The translations under genes and the position numbers were made by a program. Source: an uncultured Croceicoccus sp. (lineage in GTDB: Bacteria > Pseudomonadota > Alphaproteobacteria > Sphingomonadales > Sphingomonadaceae). Taken from it: DNA of 53,646 nucleotides. This document shows positions 34,653-44,597 of the stretch, piece by piece (positions within the stretch are counted from its first letter, which is position 1; each line of letters starts with the position of its first letter). The DNA lies in NCBI GenBank assembly GCA_964424995.1, contig CAYRLC010000002.1, positions 1 through 53,646 on the forward strand, in the 5' to 3' direction. The notes below the pieces were generated by a model. The model saw nothing but the letters and a program-made list of their open reading frames with translations, made no database searches and was not told the origin of the DNA.

Positions 34653-34782
34653 CGGTACCCGGCAGGGGCAAGCGGGACGCGCGGCAGGATTTCGCCGCGA
34701 ATCTCGTCCTTTGGACAGGCGGGCGAGAGTTTGACTTGATGCCGCCCGCCGCCCCTGCCAAAGCGGTGCCCGAAAGCACCCC

Positions 34783-35529
34783 ATGCACGGTTTTGCCAAT
34801 CCCGCCCGGTTCCTGCGCCTTGCCCGCTGGCTGACCCCGCTCCTCTTCGTCACGGGGCTGGTGCTGGTCGCGCTATCGCTGGGCTATGGGCTGTTCTTCG
34901 CCCCGGCGGACCGCCTGATGGGCGACACGGTGCGCATCCTCTACATCCATGTGCCCAGCGCGTGGCTCGGCATGGGCGGCTGGACCACCATCGCCATCGC
35001 TTCGCTGGTCGAACTGGTCTGGCGCCATCCGCTCGCCACCATCGCGGCGCGGGCGGCGGCCGTGCCGGGTGCGGTGTTCACCGCGATCTGCCTTGCCACC
35101 GGTTCGATCTGGGGCCGCCCGACATGGGGCACCTGGTGGGTGTGGGACGGACGGCTGACCTCGATGCTGGTGCTGCTGTTCCTCTATTTCGGCTACCTCG
35201 CGCTCGCCAACGCGGCGCAGAAGGATGGCGTGGCCGGCGGCAGCCGCATCGTCGCGATCTTCGGCATCGTCGGCGCGGTAAACGTGCCGGTCATCAACCG
35301 CTCTGTCGTATGGTGGAATTCGCTGCACCAGCCGGCCAGCATCACGATGGGCAAATCGGCGATCGACCCGGTGTTCCTCTGGCCGCTGCTGGTGGCGACA
35401 CTGGGCTTCTCGCTGCTGTTCGGCGGGGTCGTGCTGGCCCGGATGCGCGCGATCCTCGCCGACTATCAGGCAGAGGCGCGCCTGCGCCGCCGCGCGATGC
35501 AGAGCGAAGCGCTGGGGGATCTGACGTGA
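34783..35529 (+). CDS. ccmC: Heme exporter protein C
   Basis: YIHVPSAW, WGRPTWGTWWVWDGRLTS (WWD domain), WWNSLHQ. Confidence 0.96.
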   Translation: MHGFANPARFLRLARWLTPLLFVTGLVLVALSLGYGLFFAPADRLMGDTVRILYIHVPSAWLGMGGWTTIAIASLVELVWRHPLATIAARAAAVPGAVFTAICLATGSIWGRPTWGTWWVWDGRLTSMLVLLFLYFGYLALANAAQKDGVAGGSRIVAIFGIVGAVNVPVINRSVVWWNSLHQPASITMGKSAIDPVFLWPLLVATLGFSLLFGGVVLARMRAILADYQAEARLRRRAMQSEALGDLT

Positions 35530-35675
35530 GCGAGGGACTGAACCACTGGCCCTTCGTGATCGCCGCCTATGCCATCGGCATCGCGGGCACGCTGATCATG
35601 GCGGGGTGGAGCTGGCTGGCCATGCGCCGGGCCGAGGCGCGCCGCGATGCCGCGAAAGGCGGGGATCGCCGATGA
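35526..35675 (+). CDS. ccmD: Heme exporter protein D
   Basis: 49 aa, HWPFVIAAY TM segment plus basic tail; overlaps both ccmC and ccmE. Confidence 0.85.
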   Translation: MSEGLNHWPFVIAAYAIGIAGTLIMAGWSWLAMRRAEARRDAAKGGDRR

Positions 35676-36130
35676 CCACCGCGCTGAAGCCTAAGCACCA
35701 GCGGCTGGTGCTAGTCCTGCTCGCGGTCGTGGTGCTGATCGGCGCGGCGCTGCTGGCAATCTGGGGCCTGCGCGGACAGGCGAGCTATTTCTACGTGCCC
35801 AGCGACATGGTTGCCGATCCGCCCGAGGCGGGCCGCGCGGTGCGGCTGGGCGGCATGGTGGAGGTCGGCTCGATCAAGACCCAGCCCGACGGCGTGACCA
35901 AGACCTTCGTTGTCGGCGACGGCAAGGCGCGGGTGCCGGTGCGCTATACCGGGATCACCCCGGACCTCTTCGTCGAGGGATCGGGCGTGGTCGCCGACGG
36001 GCGGCTGGAGCCGGACGGCACGTTCGTTGCCGACACGCTGCTGGCCAAGCATGACGAGAATTACATGCCGCGCGAACTGGAGGACATGTCCGACGCGCAG
36101 GCGAAGGCAGTGGTGGCCGAAACGCAATGA
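35672..36130 (+). CDS. ccmE: Cytochrome c maturation heme chaperone
   Basis: RLGGMV, PDLFVEG, LAKHDENYMP. Confidence 0.96.
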   Translation: MTTALKPKHQRLVLVLLAVVVLIGAALLAIWGLRGQASYFYVPSDMVADPPEAGRAVRLGGMVEVGSIKTQPDGVTKTFVVGDGKARVPVRYTGITPDLFVEGSGVVADGRLEPDGTFVADTLLAKHDENYMPRELEDMSDAQAKAVVAETQ

Positions 36131-38097
36131 TCGCCGAAGCTGGTCTGGCCCTGCTGTGGTTCGCCGCCGCGCTGGCGGTCCTGCAACTGTTCAGCGCGCT
36201 CATGGCGCTGAAGGGCGGCGACGGCAGCGCCGAAATGGCGGGCATGGTGCGCCCCTCGGCCATCATGCAGGGGCCCTTGGTCGCGCTCTCGTTCCTGATG
36301 CTGGTGTGGCTGTTCATCCGCACCGACCTTTCGGTGCTGCTGGTCGCGACCAACTCGCACAGCGCCAAGCCCTTCATCTTCAAGCTGGCGGGCACCTGGG
36401 GCAACCACGAAGGCTCGATGCTGCTGTGGGTGACGGTCATGGCGCTGTCCGGCTCGTTCGTCGCCTGGGTCGAACGGCGGCTGCCCGAACGCACGATGAT
36501 CGCAACGCTGGCGGCGCAGGCCTTCGTCAGCCTGGGCTTCTATGCCTTCCTGCTGTTCTCCTCGAACCCCTTTGCCCGCATGGACCAGAAGGTGACCGAA
36601 GGTAACGGCCTCAACCCGCTGCTGCAGGACATCGGCCTCGCCTTCCACCCGCCCACGCTCTACGTCGGCTATGTCGGGCTGTCGGTAGCGTTCTCCTTCG
36701 CGGTCGGCGCGCTCTTGACGCGCGAGGTCGGGCCGGCGTTCGCCCGCGCGATGCGGCCCTGGGTGCTGGGCAGCTGGATCTTTCTCACCGTCGGCATCAC
36801 GGCGGGTTCGTACTGGGCCTATTACGAGCTGGGCTGGGGTGGCTGGTGGTTCTGGGACCCGGTCGAGAATGCGTCGCTGATGCCGTGGCTGGCCGCCACC
36901 GCGCTGCTTCATTCCGCCTCGGTCCTTGCCTCGCGCGATGCGCTGCGGATCTGGACGCTGATGCTGGGCGTCGTCGCGTTCTCGATGTCGATGGTCGGCA
37001 CGTTCCTCGTGCGCTCGGGCATTCTCACCTCGGTCCATGCCTTCGCGGTCGATCCCGAACGCGGCTCCTTCATCCTCGTCCTGCTGGCGATCTACATCGG
37101 CGGCGCGCTCGGGCTGTTCGGCGCGCGGGCCGCGACGGTGAGCGAGGGCAAGCAGTTCAGCCTCGTCAGCCGGGAGGCGGGTCTTGTCTTCAACAACGTG
37201 GCGCTCACCGCCATTCTCGGCATCGTGCTGCTCGGCACGCTCTATCCGCTGATTACGGAGGCGTTCGACACCAAGGTCTCGGTCGGCCCGCCCTATTTCA
37301 ACCCGGTCAGCGCGATCTTCGCGTTCCCGATGGTGGTGGCGATGATGGTCGGCCCGCTGCTGCGCTGGCGGCGCGACAGCATGATGCGGATCGGCAGGCT
37401 GGTGGCGATCCCGGCGGTGCTGACCGCTTTGGTCCTTGCTGGCGCGACGGTTCTCGCGCCCGGGATCGGCGTGCTGCCGATGCTGGGCCTGTGTCTTTCG
37501 GTCGGGCTCGGCATCGCCAGCCTCCTGCCGCTGCTGGGCCGCAGTTTGCGCCGCACGCCGCTGGCTACCTGGGGCATGGTGCTGGGGCACTTCGGCCTCG
37601 CCGTTGCCTTGTTCGGCATGGCCTGCGAAAGCGCGTTCTCAACCGAAAAGCTGGTCGCGGCGCGGCCCGGCGATGCTGTCGAAGTCGGCCCGTGGCAAAT
37701 CAGGCTCGCCTCGATCGAACCGGTTGCCGGTCCGAACTGGACCGCGCTGGAAGCGACCATCGATGCGCAGTATCAAGGCGGCGCGCCGGTCACGCTTCGC
37801 CCACAATCGCGCACCTTCACGCAGCCGCCGCAGACCACCAGCGAATCCGCGCTTTCCACCCGCTGGAACGGGCAGCTCTACGCCGTCGTCGGCGAACAGG
37901 GCGAGGATGGGCGTTGGCAGCTTCGCCTGTGGTGGAAGCCCTTCGTGCCGCTGATCTGGCTCGGCGGGCTGATCCTCGCGCTTGGCGGCGGGCTGGCGCT
38001 GGTGGGCCGCGTGCTGGGTGACATCAGGCGGGGGTTGCAACGTCGCCGGATCGCCATGCGGCGTGAAGACAATCCGCTGCCGGGGAAGACGGCATGA
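36127..38097 (+). CDS. ccmF: Cytochrome c heme lyase subunit
   Basis: WGNHEGS, FHPP, WAYYELGWGGWWFWDPVENAS, SVHAFA. Confidence 0.97.
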   Translation: MIAEAGLALLWFAAALAVLQLFSALMALKGGDGSAEMAGMVRPSAIMQGPLVALSFLMLVWLFIRTDLSVLLVATNSHSAKPFIFKLAGTWGNHEGSMLLWVTVMALSGSFVAWVERRLPERTMIATLAAQAFVSLGFYAFLLFSSNPFARMDQKVTEGNGLNPLLQDIGLAFHPPTLYVGYVGLSVAFSFAVGALLTREVGPAFARAMRPWVLGSWIFLTVGITAGSYWAYYELGWGGWWFWDPVENASLMPWLAATALLHSASVLASRDALRIWTLMLGVVAFSMSMVGTFLVRSGILTSVHAFAVDPERGSFILVLLAIYIGGALGLFGARAATVSEGKQFSLVSREAGLVFNNVALTAILGIVLLGTLYPLITEAFDTKVSVGPPYFNPVSAIFAFPMVVAMMVGPLLRWRRDSMMRIGRLVAIPAVLTALVLAGATVLAPGIGVLPMLGLCLSVGLGIASLLPLLGRSLRRTPLATWGMVLGHFGLAVALFGMACESAFSTEKLVAARPGDAVEVGPWQIRLASIEPVAGPNWTALEATIDAQYQGGAPVTLRPQSRTFTQPPQTTSESALSTRWNGQLYAVVGEQGEDGRWQLRLWWKPFVPLIWLGGLILALGGGLALVGRVLGDIRRGLQRRRIAMRREDNPLPGKTA

Positions 38098-38657
38098 GCG
38101 CGCGCGAACCCCAGCCGAAGGGCAAGCCCTGGGCCATCTGGCTGCCGCTGGTGCTGTTCGGTGCGCTCGTCGCGCTGTTCCTCGGCGGTCTGCTCCGTCC
38201 GGGCAGCGACGAGGTCGAGAGCGCGATGATCGGCCGGCCGCTGCCCGAATTCGCGCTTGAACCCGCGACCGACGTGCGGCCCGGCATTGCCACCGCTGAC
38301 TACCGCAAGGGCGAGGTCCGGCTGCTCAACGTCTTTGCGAGCTGGTGCGTGCCCTGCGCCGCCGAAGCGCCGCAGCTCGACGAATTGCGCCGCGTGGGCG
38401 TGCCGATCGACGGCGTCGCCATCCGCGACCGGAAGGAGGACATCGCCGAGTTCCTCGCAAGGTACGGCAACCCGTTCGCGACCATCGGCAAGGACGACAT
38501 CAGCGAGGTGCAACTGGGCATCGGTTCGTCGGGCGTCCCCGAAACCTTCGTCATCGATGGCAAGGGCGTGATCCGCTACCAGCACATCGGCCCGATCATG
38601 GAGGGGGACATCAAGACCATCCTGATCGAGGTGGAGAAGGCAGGGCAGCCGCTGTGA
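38094..38657 (+). CDS. ccmG: Thiol:disulfide interchange protein DsbE/CcmG
   Basis: FASWCVPC, GVPETF. Confidence 0.93.
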   Translation: MSAREPQPKGKPWAIWLPLVLFGALVALFLGGLLRPGSDEVESAMIGRPLPEFALEPATDVRPGIATADYRKGEVRLLNVFASWCVPCAAEAPQLDELRRVGVPIDGVAIRDRKEDIAEFLARYGNPFATIGKDDISEVQLGIGSSGVPETFVIDGKGVIRYQHIGPIMEGDIKTILIEVEKAGQPL

Positions 38658-39088
38658 CGCGCCTCTACGCCTTGCTCGCCCTGATCGCCGCCGCGTTCGC
38701 GGTGCCTGCCATCGCGCAGGATACGATGCCGCCCGCGCCCTACGCCTATCGCCAGCTGGAAGACCCGGCGCAGGAGGCGAGGGCGCAGGAACTGATGGAA
38801 ACGCTGCGCTGCCTCAAGTGCCAGAGCCAGTCCATCGCCGATTCCGATGCCAGCATGGCGGGCGACATGCGCAACCAGGTCCGCCTGCGCATCAAGGCGG
38901 GCGAGGAGCCGGAAGCGATCCGCCGCTGGCTGGTCGACCGCTATGGTGAATATGTCAGCTACAAGCCGGAACTGACCGCGCTGACCTGGCCGCTGTTTGC
39001 CGCGCCGCTGGTGCTGCTGCTGGTCGCCGTGCTGCTGCTGCGCCGCCGCTTCGTGCGGGCGCGCCGCGCTGTCGGGGGTGAGGGCTGA
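38654..39088 (+). CDS. ccmH: Cytochrome c biogenesis protein CcmH/CycL
   Basis: LRCLKCQSQSIADS, RYGEYV; GTG start overlaps the ccmG stop. Confidence 0.92.
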   Translation: MTRLYALLALIAAAFAVPAIAQDTMPPAPYAYRQLEDPAQEARAQELMETLRCLKCQSQSIADSDASMAGDMRNQVRLRIKAGEEPEAIRRWLVDRYGEYVSYKPELTALTWPLFAAPLVLLLVAVLLLRRRFVRARRAVGGEG

Positions 39089-39882
39089 TGGGCTGGTTCG
39101 TCGTGATCGGGCTCGCCGCCGTGGCCTTTGCGGCGATGGGTTTCGCGCTCAGGCTGCCGCGCGGCGGGCGCGAATTTGCCGCCGCCGCCTTCATGCTCGG
39201 CCTTGCCGGATATGCCTTGCAGGGCCGCCCGTGGGAGCCCGGATCGCCGACCGCCCCGCGCGAAAGCGAGGAGCAGGGGCAGGCCGCGCTGATCGAGGCG
39301 CGCAAGGCGATGGGCGACCAGTATGGCGCGGGGGTCAGCGATCTGATCACCGCCGACGCTTTCGTGCGCGCCGGCCAGTTCGGTGCGGCATCGACCCTGC
39401 TGCGCGGCGCGACGCATCGCAATCCCGACGATCCCGACATCTGGGTGGCGCTGGGCAATGCGCTCGTCGGCCATGCCGGCGGGATCATGACGCCGGCCGC
39501 GACCTTCGCCTTCGACCGCGCCGCCGCGATTGCGCCCGACCATCCCGGCCCGCCCTTCTTCAAGGGGCTGGCGCTGGCGCAATCGGGGCAGTTCGACGAG
39601 GCGCGCGCAATGTGGCAGGCGCTGCTCGACCGGCCGGGCGAACCGGACGCGCCGTGGCGCAAGGATCTGGCGCTGCGCCTGCAGCGGCTCGACCAGATCA
39701 TCGCGATGACGCGGGGAGACATGTCGAGCACGCAGATGCCTTCGGGGCCGGTGCCGGTCGAGCAGGACACGCCTGAACCGACTCCGTCGGCGGCCTCACC
39801 TGATGCTCCCGCCCCTGACTCCCCGGCCCCAACCGCTCGGGCCCCGATCGCTCCGGCCGGTGCGGACCGTGCCAACCCGTGA
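39088..39882 (+). CDS. TPR protein, CcmI/CycH-like
   Basis: Two N-terminal TM segments, TPR-like helices, Pro-rich tail; last gene of the ccm operon. Confidence 0.75.
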   Translation: MGWFVVIGLAAVAFAAMGFALRLPRGGREFAAAAFMLGLAGYALQGRPWEPGSPTAPRESEEQGQAALIEARKAMGDQYGAGVSDLITADAFVRAGQFGAASTLLRGATHRNPDDPDIWVALGNALVGHAGGIMTPAATFAFDRAAAIAPDHPGPPFFKGLALAQSGQFDEARAMWQALLDRPGEPDAPWRKDLALRLQRLDQIIAMTRGDMSSTQMPSGPVPVEQDTPEPTPSAASPDAPAPDSPAPTARAPIAPAGADRANP

Positions 39883-39985
39883 CGCCGACACGGCTTTTCT
39901 TGCAGGTGCGAACAGAGGCTGCTAATCGCCTTCGCCTTCTGGCCGGCGTCGGTGATGCGGGTTTCGCAAGGGGCAGTTTCCGGCG

Positions 39986-41887
39986 ATGAGTCATGCAGCT
40001 AGCGGAGCCGATGCGCGCACGAGTGCCAAGCTGAAGCTGGCCGCAGGCGCGATCGGCATCGTCTTCGGCGACATCGGCACCAGCCCGCTCTACGCGTTCC
40101 GCGAAACGTTCGTCGGCCCGCATCCGCTGGCGCTGGACCGTTTGCACATTTTCGGCGTGGTCAGCCTGATCTTCTGGTCGATGACGCTCGTCGTTGCGGT
40201 CCAGTACGTCACCATACTGATGCGCGCCGACAACAAGGGGCAGGGCGGGTCGCTCGCGCTGCTGGCGCTGATCTCGCGGCACATCGGGCGATCGCGATAC
40301 GGCTGGATCACGGTCATGCTGGGCGTGCTGGCGACATCGCTGTTCTACGGCGATTCGATGATCACTCCGGCGATCTCGGTGCTCTCCGCCGTCGAAGGTC
40401 TGACCGTGGTGGAGCAGCGGTTCGAGGTGTGGGTCGTGCCCATCGCGCTCGCACTGCTGATCTTCCTGTTCCTGCTTCAACGGCGCGGCACGGCGAAAGT
40501 GGGGGCGCTCTTCGCGCCGGTGATGATCACCTATTTCCTCGTGCTGGCGGTGCTCGGCACGATCCAGATCCTCTACAACCCGGGCGTGCTGGCCGCGCTC
40601 AACCCGTGGTACGCGCTGCAGTTCTTCCTTGTCGACAAGTGGCTGGCCTTCCTCGCGCTGGGCTCGGTCGTGCTGGCGGTGACGGGAGCGGAGGCGCTCT
40701 ATGCCGACATGGGCCATTTCGGTCGCGGGCCGCTGCGCCTCTCCTGGTTCAGCTTCGTCATGCCCGCGCTGCTGCTGAACTATTTCGGGCAGGCGGCGAT
40801 GGTCACCAGCCTGACCGGGGCCGAGGCGGCGGAGGCGATCAAGAACCCGTTCTTCATGATGGCGCCCGACATGTTCCGGCTGCCGCTCGTCATCCTTGCC
40901 ATGGCGGCGACCTTCATCGCCAGCCAGGCGGTGATCTCGGGCGCGTTCTCGGTCACGCATCAGGCGATGCAGCTGGGTTTCCTGCCGCGCCTGTCGATCC
41001 TTCACACCAGCGAGACCGAGGCGGGGCAGATCTACATCCCGTTCATCAACTGGGCGCTGCTGGTTTCGGTCGTCCTGCTGGTGCTGACTTTCCAGAACTC
41101 GTCCAACCTCGCCAGCGCCTACGGCATCGCGGTGACCGGCGCGATGCTGATCGACACCTGTCTGATGGCCGTGCTGCTGCTCGCGGTGTGGAAGTGGAAG
41201 TGGTTCTTCGCGGTGCCGGTGATCGCGCTTTTCGTGCTGGTCGACGGGGCCTATTTCTTCGCCAACGCGATGAAGATTCCCGACGGTGGCTGGTTCCCGC
41301 TGCTGGTCGGCGCGGTCGCGTTTACGCTGCTGACGACCTGGGCCAAGGGCCGCCGGATCATGCGCGAGCGGATGACCGAAATCGCCCTGCCGATCGAGAT
41401 TTTCGCCAAGAGCGCGGCCAATTCGGCGACCCGCGTTCCGGGCACCGCGATCTTCATGGCATCGAGCACGGCGGGCGTTCCCTCGGCGCTGCTGCACAAC
41501 ATGAAGCACAACAAGGTGCTGCATGAACGCGTGGTAGTGCTGACCGTGGCTATCGCCGAGGTGCCCTACGTGGATGACAAGAACCGGGCCGAGATCGAGG
41601 ATCTGGGCGACGGGTTCTATCGCATGGTGCTGCACTACGGCTTCATGCAGGAAACCGACGTGCCCGCCGCCTTGAAGGCGGTGGATCTCTGCGGCGGCAT
41701 GTTCGACATGATGCAGACCAGCTTCTTCCTGTCGCGCCAGACCCTGATCGCCAGCGAGGATCCGGGCATGATGCTGTGGCGGGAAAAGATTTTCAGCTGG
41801 ATGCTGCGCAATGCGGCCACGGCGATGGAATTCTTCCGCCTGCCCACCAACCGCGTCGTCGAACTGGGCTCGCAAGTCCGGATCTGA
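39986..41887 (+). CDS. kup: Potassium transporter Kup
   Basis: [56 protein letters not shown]. Confidence 0.97.
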   Translation: MSHAASGADARTSAKLKLAAGAIGIVFGDIGTSPLYAFRETFVGPHPLALDRLHIFGVVSLIFWSMTLVVAVQYVTILMRADNKGQGGSLALLALISRHIGRSRYGWITVMLGVLATSLFYGDSMITPAISVLSAVEGLTVVEQRFEVWVVPIALALLIFLFLLQRRGTAKVGALFAPVMITYFLVLAVLGTIQILYNPGVLAALNPWYALQFFLVDKWLAFLALGSVVLAVTGAEALYADMGHFGRGPLRLSWFSFVMPALLLNYFGQAAMVTSLTGAEAAEAIKNPFFMMAPDMFRLPLVILAMAATFIASQAVISGAFSVTHQAMQLGFLPRLSILHTSETEAGQIYIPFINWALLVSVVLLVLTFQNSSNLASAYGIAVTGAMLIDTCLMAVLLLAVWKWKWFFAVPVIALFVLVDGAYFFANAMKIPDGGWFPLLVGAVAFTLLTTWAKGRRIMRERMTEIALPIEIFAKSAANSATRVPGTAIFMASSTAGVPSALLHNMKHNKVLHERVVVLTVAIAEVPYVDDKNRAEIEDLGDGFYRMVLHYGFMQETDVPAALKAVDLCGGMFDMMQTSFFLSRQTLIASEDPGMMLWREKIFSWMLRNAATAMEFFRLPTNRVVELGSQVRI

Positions 41888-41905
41888 CCAGGCCGGGCGT
41901 GACCG

Positions 41906-42175
41906 TCAGGACAGGACGAGAAGGCCGACGATCGCTCCGACATGGACGGCCGCGATCATCTGCAGCTCGGTCGAGAATGGTTCCTTGCGGGTCTTGTGGC
42001 GGAAGATGCGCCGCGCTGCGAAGGTACCCGGACTGCCGCCGATGAACGCCAGCAGCAGCAGGTTCGCTTCCGGGATCCGGCGCCTGCCCGCAACGGCCCG
42101 CCGCTTGTCGTCGTGGAAGGACGCGATGGTCCAGACGTTCACGATGGCGAGGTAAAGGGCGGACCAGATCAGCAT
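41906..42175 (-). CDS. DUF1294 family membrane protein
   Basis: DKRRA...RRIPEANL...GGSPG...FRHKTRK; true start ATG 42175. Confidence 0.88.
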   Translation of the reverse strand: MLIWSALYLAIVNVWTIASFHDDKRRAVAGRRRIPEANLLLLAFIGGSPGTFAARRIFRHKTRKEPFSTELQMIAAVHVGAIVGLLVLS

Positions 42176-42224
42176 GGCCCGCTCATCGGAGCGAGGGCGT
42201 AAAAATCGGGTTAGGCCGGCCAGC

Positions 42225-42258
42225 AAAAAGGGGCGCGCCGCACCGGCACGCCCCCCTT
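42225..42258 (-). terminator. Intrinsic terminator after the PuuD-like gene
   Basis: GGGGCGCGCCG/CGGCACGCCCC imperfect stem with an A5 tract on the left. Confidence 0.6.
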
Positions 42259-42276
42259 GTCGTCCGGTCGATGCGA

Positions 42277-42849
42277 TCAGCCGAGGTTGGCGCTCACCAT
42301 CGCCCACATCATCGGGATCGACAGCAACGTGTTGGTGCGACTGGCGATCAGCGCGCGGGGGCCGGCGGCGGCCTTTGCCTCGTCGCTGGCCGGCACGATG
42401 CCCAGGATCTTCTTCTGCGCGGGCCAGATGATGAACCACACGTTGAAGGCCATGATCAGCGCGATCCACATGCCGATGCCGATCAGCGCGACCGCGCCTT
42501 CGCCGCTGAAGGTCAGTGCCTCGATCAGGTAGCCGCTGACCATCGCGATGCCGAGGCCCGTCAGCACCGTCAGCAGCGCGCCGTACCGGAAGAAGAACAG
42601 CACCTTGGGCGCGATATGCCCGGTGATGGCGCCCTTCTGTTCGGCGGGGATCGCCGGCATCGTCGGCACCTGCACGAAGTTGAGATAGTAGAGCAGGCCG
42701 ATCCACACCACGCCGAAGAACAGGTGCAGCCAGCGCAGGATCGAGTTGAGATCGATCGCGACCGACGGCGCAAAGGCCAGCATCAGCGCGATCGCCAGAA
42801 CCAGCCCGATGACGAGCACGAGGTGCAGGTTGCCGAATAGTTTTGCCAT
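42277..42849 (-). CDS. Urate hydroxylase PuuD-like membrane protein (no cytochrome c domain)
   Basis: LRWLH...WIGLLYYLNF, IMAFNVWFIIWPAQKK, SRTNTLLSIP. Confidence 0.75.
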   Translation of the reverse strand: MAKLFGNLHLVLVIGLVLAIALMLAFAPSVAIDLNSILRWLHLFFGVVWIGLLYYLNFVQVPTMPAIPAEQKGAITGHIAPKVLFFFRYGALLTVLTGLGIAMVSGYLIEALTFSGEGAVALIGIGMWIALIMAFNVWFIIWPAQKKILGIVPASDEAKAAAGPRALIASRTNTLLSIPMMWAMVSANLG

Positions 42850-42987
42850 GACTTCTCCCCCCAAGGCGGCTTACTGACCGACCGGGCGCGACCCTTGGCG
42901 AAAGCTTCCCCAAAGCGGCGGTCTTGTCACGCCCTCGCCTGTTCATAAGTCACAGGTACGTGTACCGACCCGCCATGCGCGGGCGTG

Positions 42988-43662
42988 TCAGGCGGGCGGA
43001 TGCTCGGTCACCGCCTCGTCCTTCTCTTCCTTGCCCAGCCCTTCGCGCATCATCATCGGCAGCTGGGTGAAGGTGAACAGGAACGACAGCGGCAGGAACA
43101 CCCAGAGCTTGGCGGCCAGCCATGATTCGAAGCTCAGCACCTGGCGCAGCACTTCGTTGAGACCGGCCAGCGCAATGAAATAGAAGCCCCAGTTGCGCGA
43201 CAGCAGCATCCAGCCGCGGTCCGACAATCCTTCGAAGGCGGCGTCGAGCAGGTACTTGAGCAGCGCCTTGCCGCGCCAGTAGCCCACCAGCAGGGCGACC
43301 GCGAAGACCACGTAGATGATCGTCGGCTTGACCTGCACGAAGACCGGGTCCTGGAACAGGATGGTCAGCCCGCCGAAAAAGACGATCAGCGCGGTCGACA
43401 GCATCAGCATCGGGGTGACGTGCCCCAGCTTCCACTTCGACACCGCCACGGCGACCAGTGCGGCGACGATGAACGACCCGGTGCCTTTCACCATGGCCAG
43501 CACCTGCCCGACGGCATCGCCATCCTCGGCGGGACTGTAGAACTTGTAGACCGCGAAGAAGACCAGCAGCGGGCCGTAGTCGATGGCGATGTTGAGCCAG
43601 CCGCTCTTTTTCTTCGGCGCGGGGTTCGGGGTCGGCGCAGGGTTGGGGGTCGTTTCGGTCAT
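42988..43662 (-). CDS. yciB: Inner membrane protein YciB/IspZ
   Basis: DYGPLLVFF, FGGLT, KPTIIY, LNEV. Confidence 0.9.
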   Translation of the reverse strand: MTETTPNPAPTPNPAPKKKSGWLNIAIDYGPLLVFFAVYKFYSPAEDGDAVGQVLAMVKGTGSFIVAALVAVAVSKWKLGHVTPMLMLSTALIVFFGGLTILFQDPVFVQVKPTIIYVVFAVALLVGYWRGKALLKYLLDAAFEGLSDRGWMLLSRNWGFYFIALAGLNEVLRQVLSFESWLAAKLWVFLPLSFLFTFTQLPMMMREGLGKEEKDEAVTEHPPA

Positions 43663-44597
43663 CAGGCCACTCCCGCAATCACGCGCGCGACAAGGTCGGG
43701 GTCGAAGGGGCGCAAGTCGTCGATCTTCTCGCCCACGCCGATGGCATGGATGGGCAGCCCGTACTGTTCCGCTGCCGCGACCAGCACGCCGCCGCGCGCC
43801 GTGCCGTCCAGCTTGGTCATGACGAGGCCGGTGACGCCCGCGACTTCCTTGAACACGTCGATCTGCTGCAAGGCGTTCTGCCCGTTGGTGGCGTCGAGGA
43901 CGAGGACCACATCGTGCGGCGCCTCCGGGTTGAGGCGGCCCAGCACCTTCCGGATCTTGGTCAGCTCGTCCATCAGCTCGCGCTTGTTCTGGAGCCGTCC
44001 GGCGGTGTCGACGATCAGCGCGTCGCTGCCCCTGGCGGTCGCCGCCTTGACCCCGTCGAAGACCACGCTGGCGGGATCGCCGCCTTCGGGGCCGGTAACG
44101 ACGGGCACGCTCAGGCGGTCCGCCCAGACCTTCAATTGCCCGATGGCGGCGGCGCGGAAGGTGTCGCCGGCGGCCAGCATGACGCCGTAGTCGTCTTCCT
44201 GGAACAAGTGGGCGAGCTTGGCGATGGTGGTGGTCTTGCCGCTGCCGTTGACGCCGATCACCAGCACGACGTGCGGGCGGGGAAATGCGGTGACTTCGAG
44301 CGGCTTGGCGACGGGGCGCAGGATCTCGGCGATCTCCTCGGCCACGGCGAGCTGCACCGCGCGTTCGTCGGCCCCGCTGGCAAAGCGCCGCTGGGCGAGC
44401 GCATCGCGGATCCGCATCGCCGCGCGCGGGCCGAGGTCCGACATGATGAGCGCGTCCTCCAGCTCGTCGAGCTGGCTGTCGGTGAGCTTCACCGATCCGA
44501 CCGCCAGGGAACCGATGCTGCCAGCAAGGTTGCCGGTCAGCTTCTCGCTCGTCTTGCGGAATCCTCCGAAAAGCCGGTCTGACCAGCTTTCGCTCAT
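43662..44597 (-). CDS. ftsY: SRP receptor
   Basis: GVNGSGKTTTIAKLA, DTFRAAA, DTAGRLQ, TKLDGTARGG. Confidence 0.97.
   Translation of the reverse strand: MSESWSDRLFGGFRKTSEKLTGNLAGSIGSLAVGSVKLTDSQLDELEDALIMSDLGPRAAMRIRDALAQRRFASGADERAVQLAVAEEIAEILRPVAKPLEVTAFPRPHVVLVIGVNGSGKTTTIAKLAHLFQEDDYGVMLAAGDTFRAAAIGQLKVWADRLSVPVVTGPEGGDPASVVFDGVKAATARGSDALIVDTAGRLQNKRELMDELTKIRKVLGRLNPEAPHDVVLVLDATNGQNALQQIDVFKEVAGVTGLVMTKLDGTARGGVLVAAAEQYGLPIHAIGVGEKIDDLRPFDPDLVARVIAGVA

Noticed and set aside
34783-39882. ccm operon as a dedicated partner of the quinohemoprotein; absence of ccmAB
   Set aside because: It sits in housekeeping context with no operator copy, and split ccm loci are common in alphaproteobacteria.
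39720-39882. Low-complexity tails (Pro-rich in the CcmI-like protein, Gly/Met-rich in Ffh, Glu/Ala/Lys-rich in S16)
   Set aside because: Ordinary disordered termini with no regular tandem DNA repeat.
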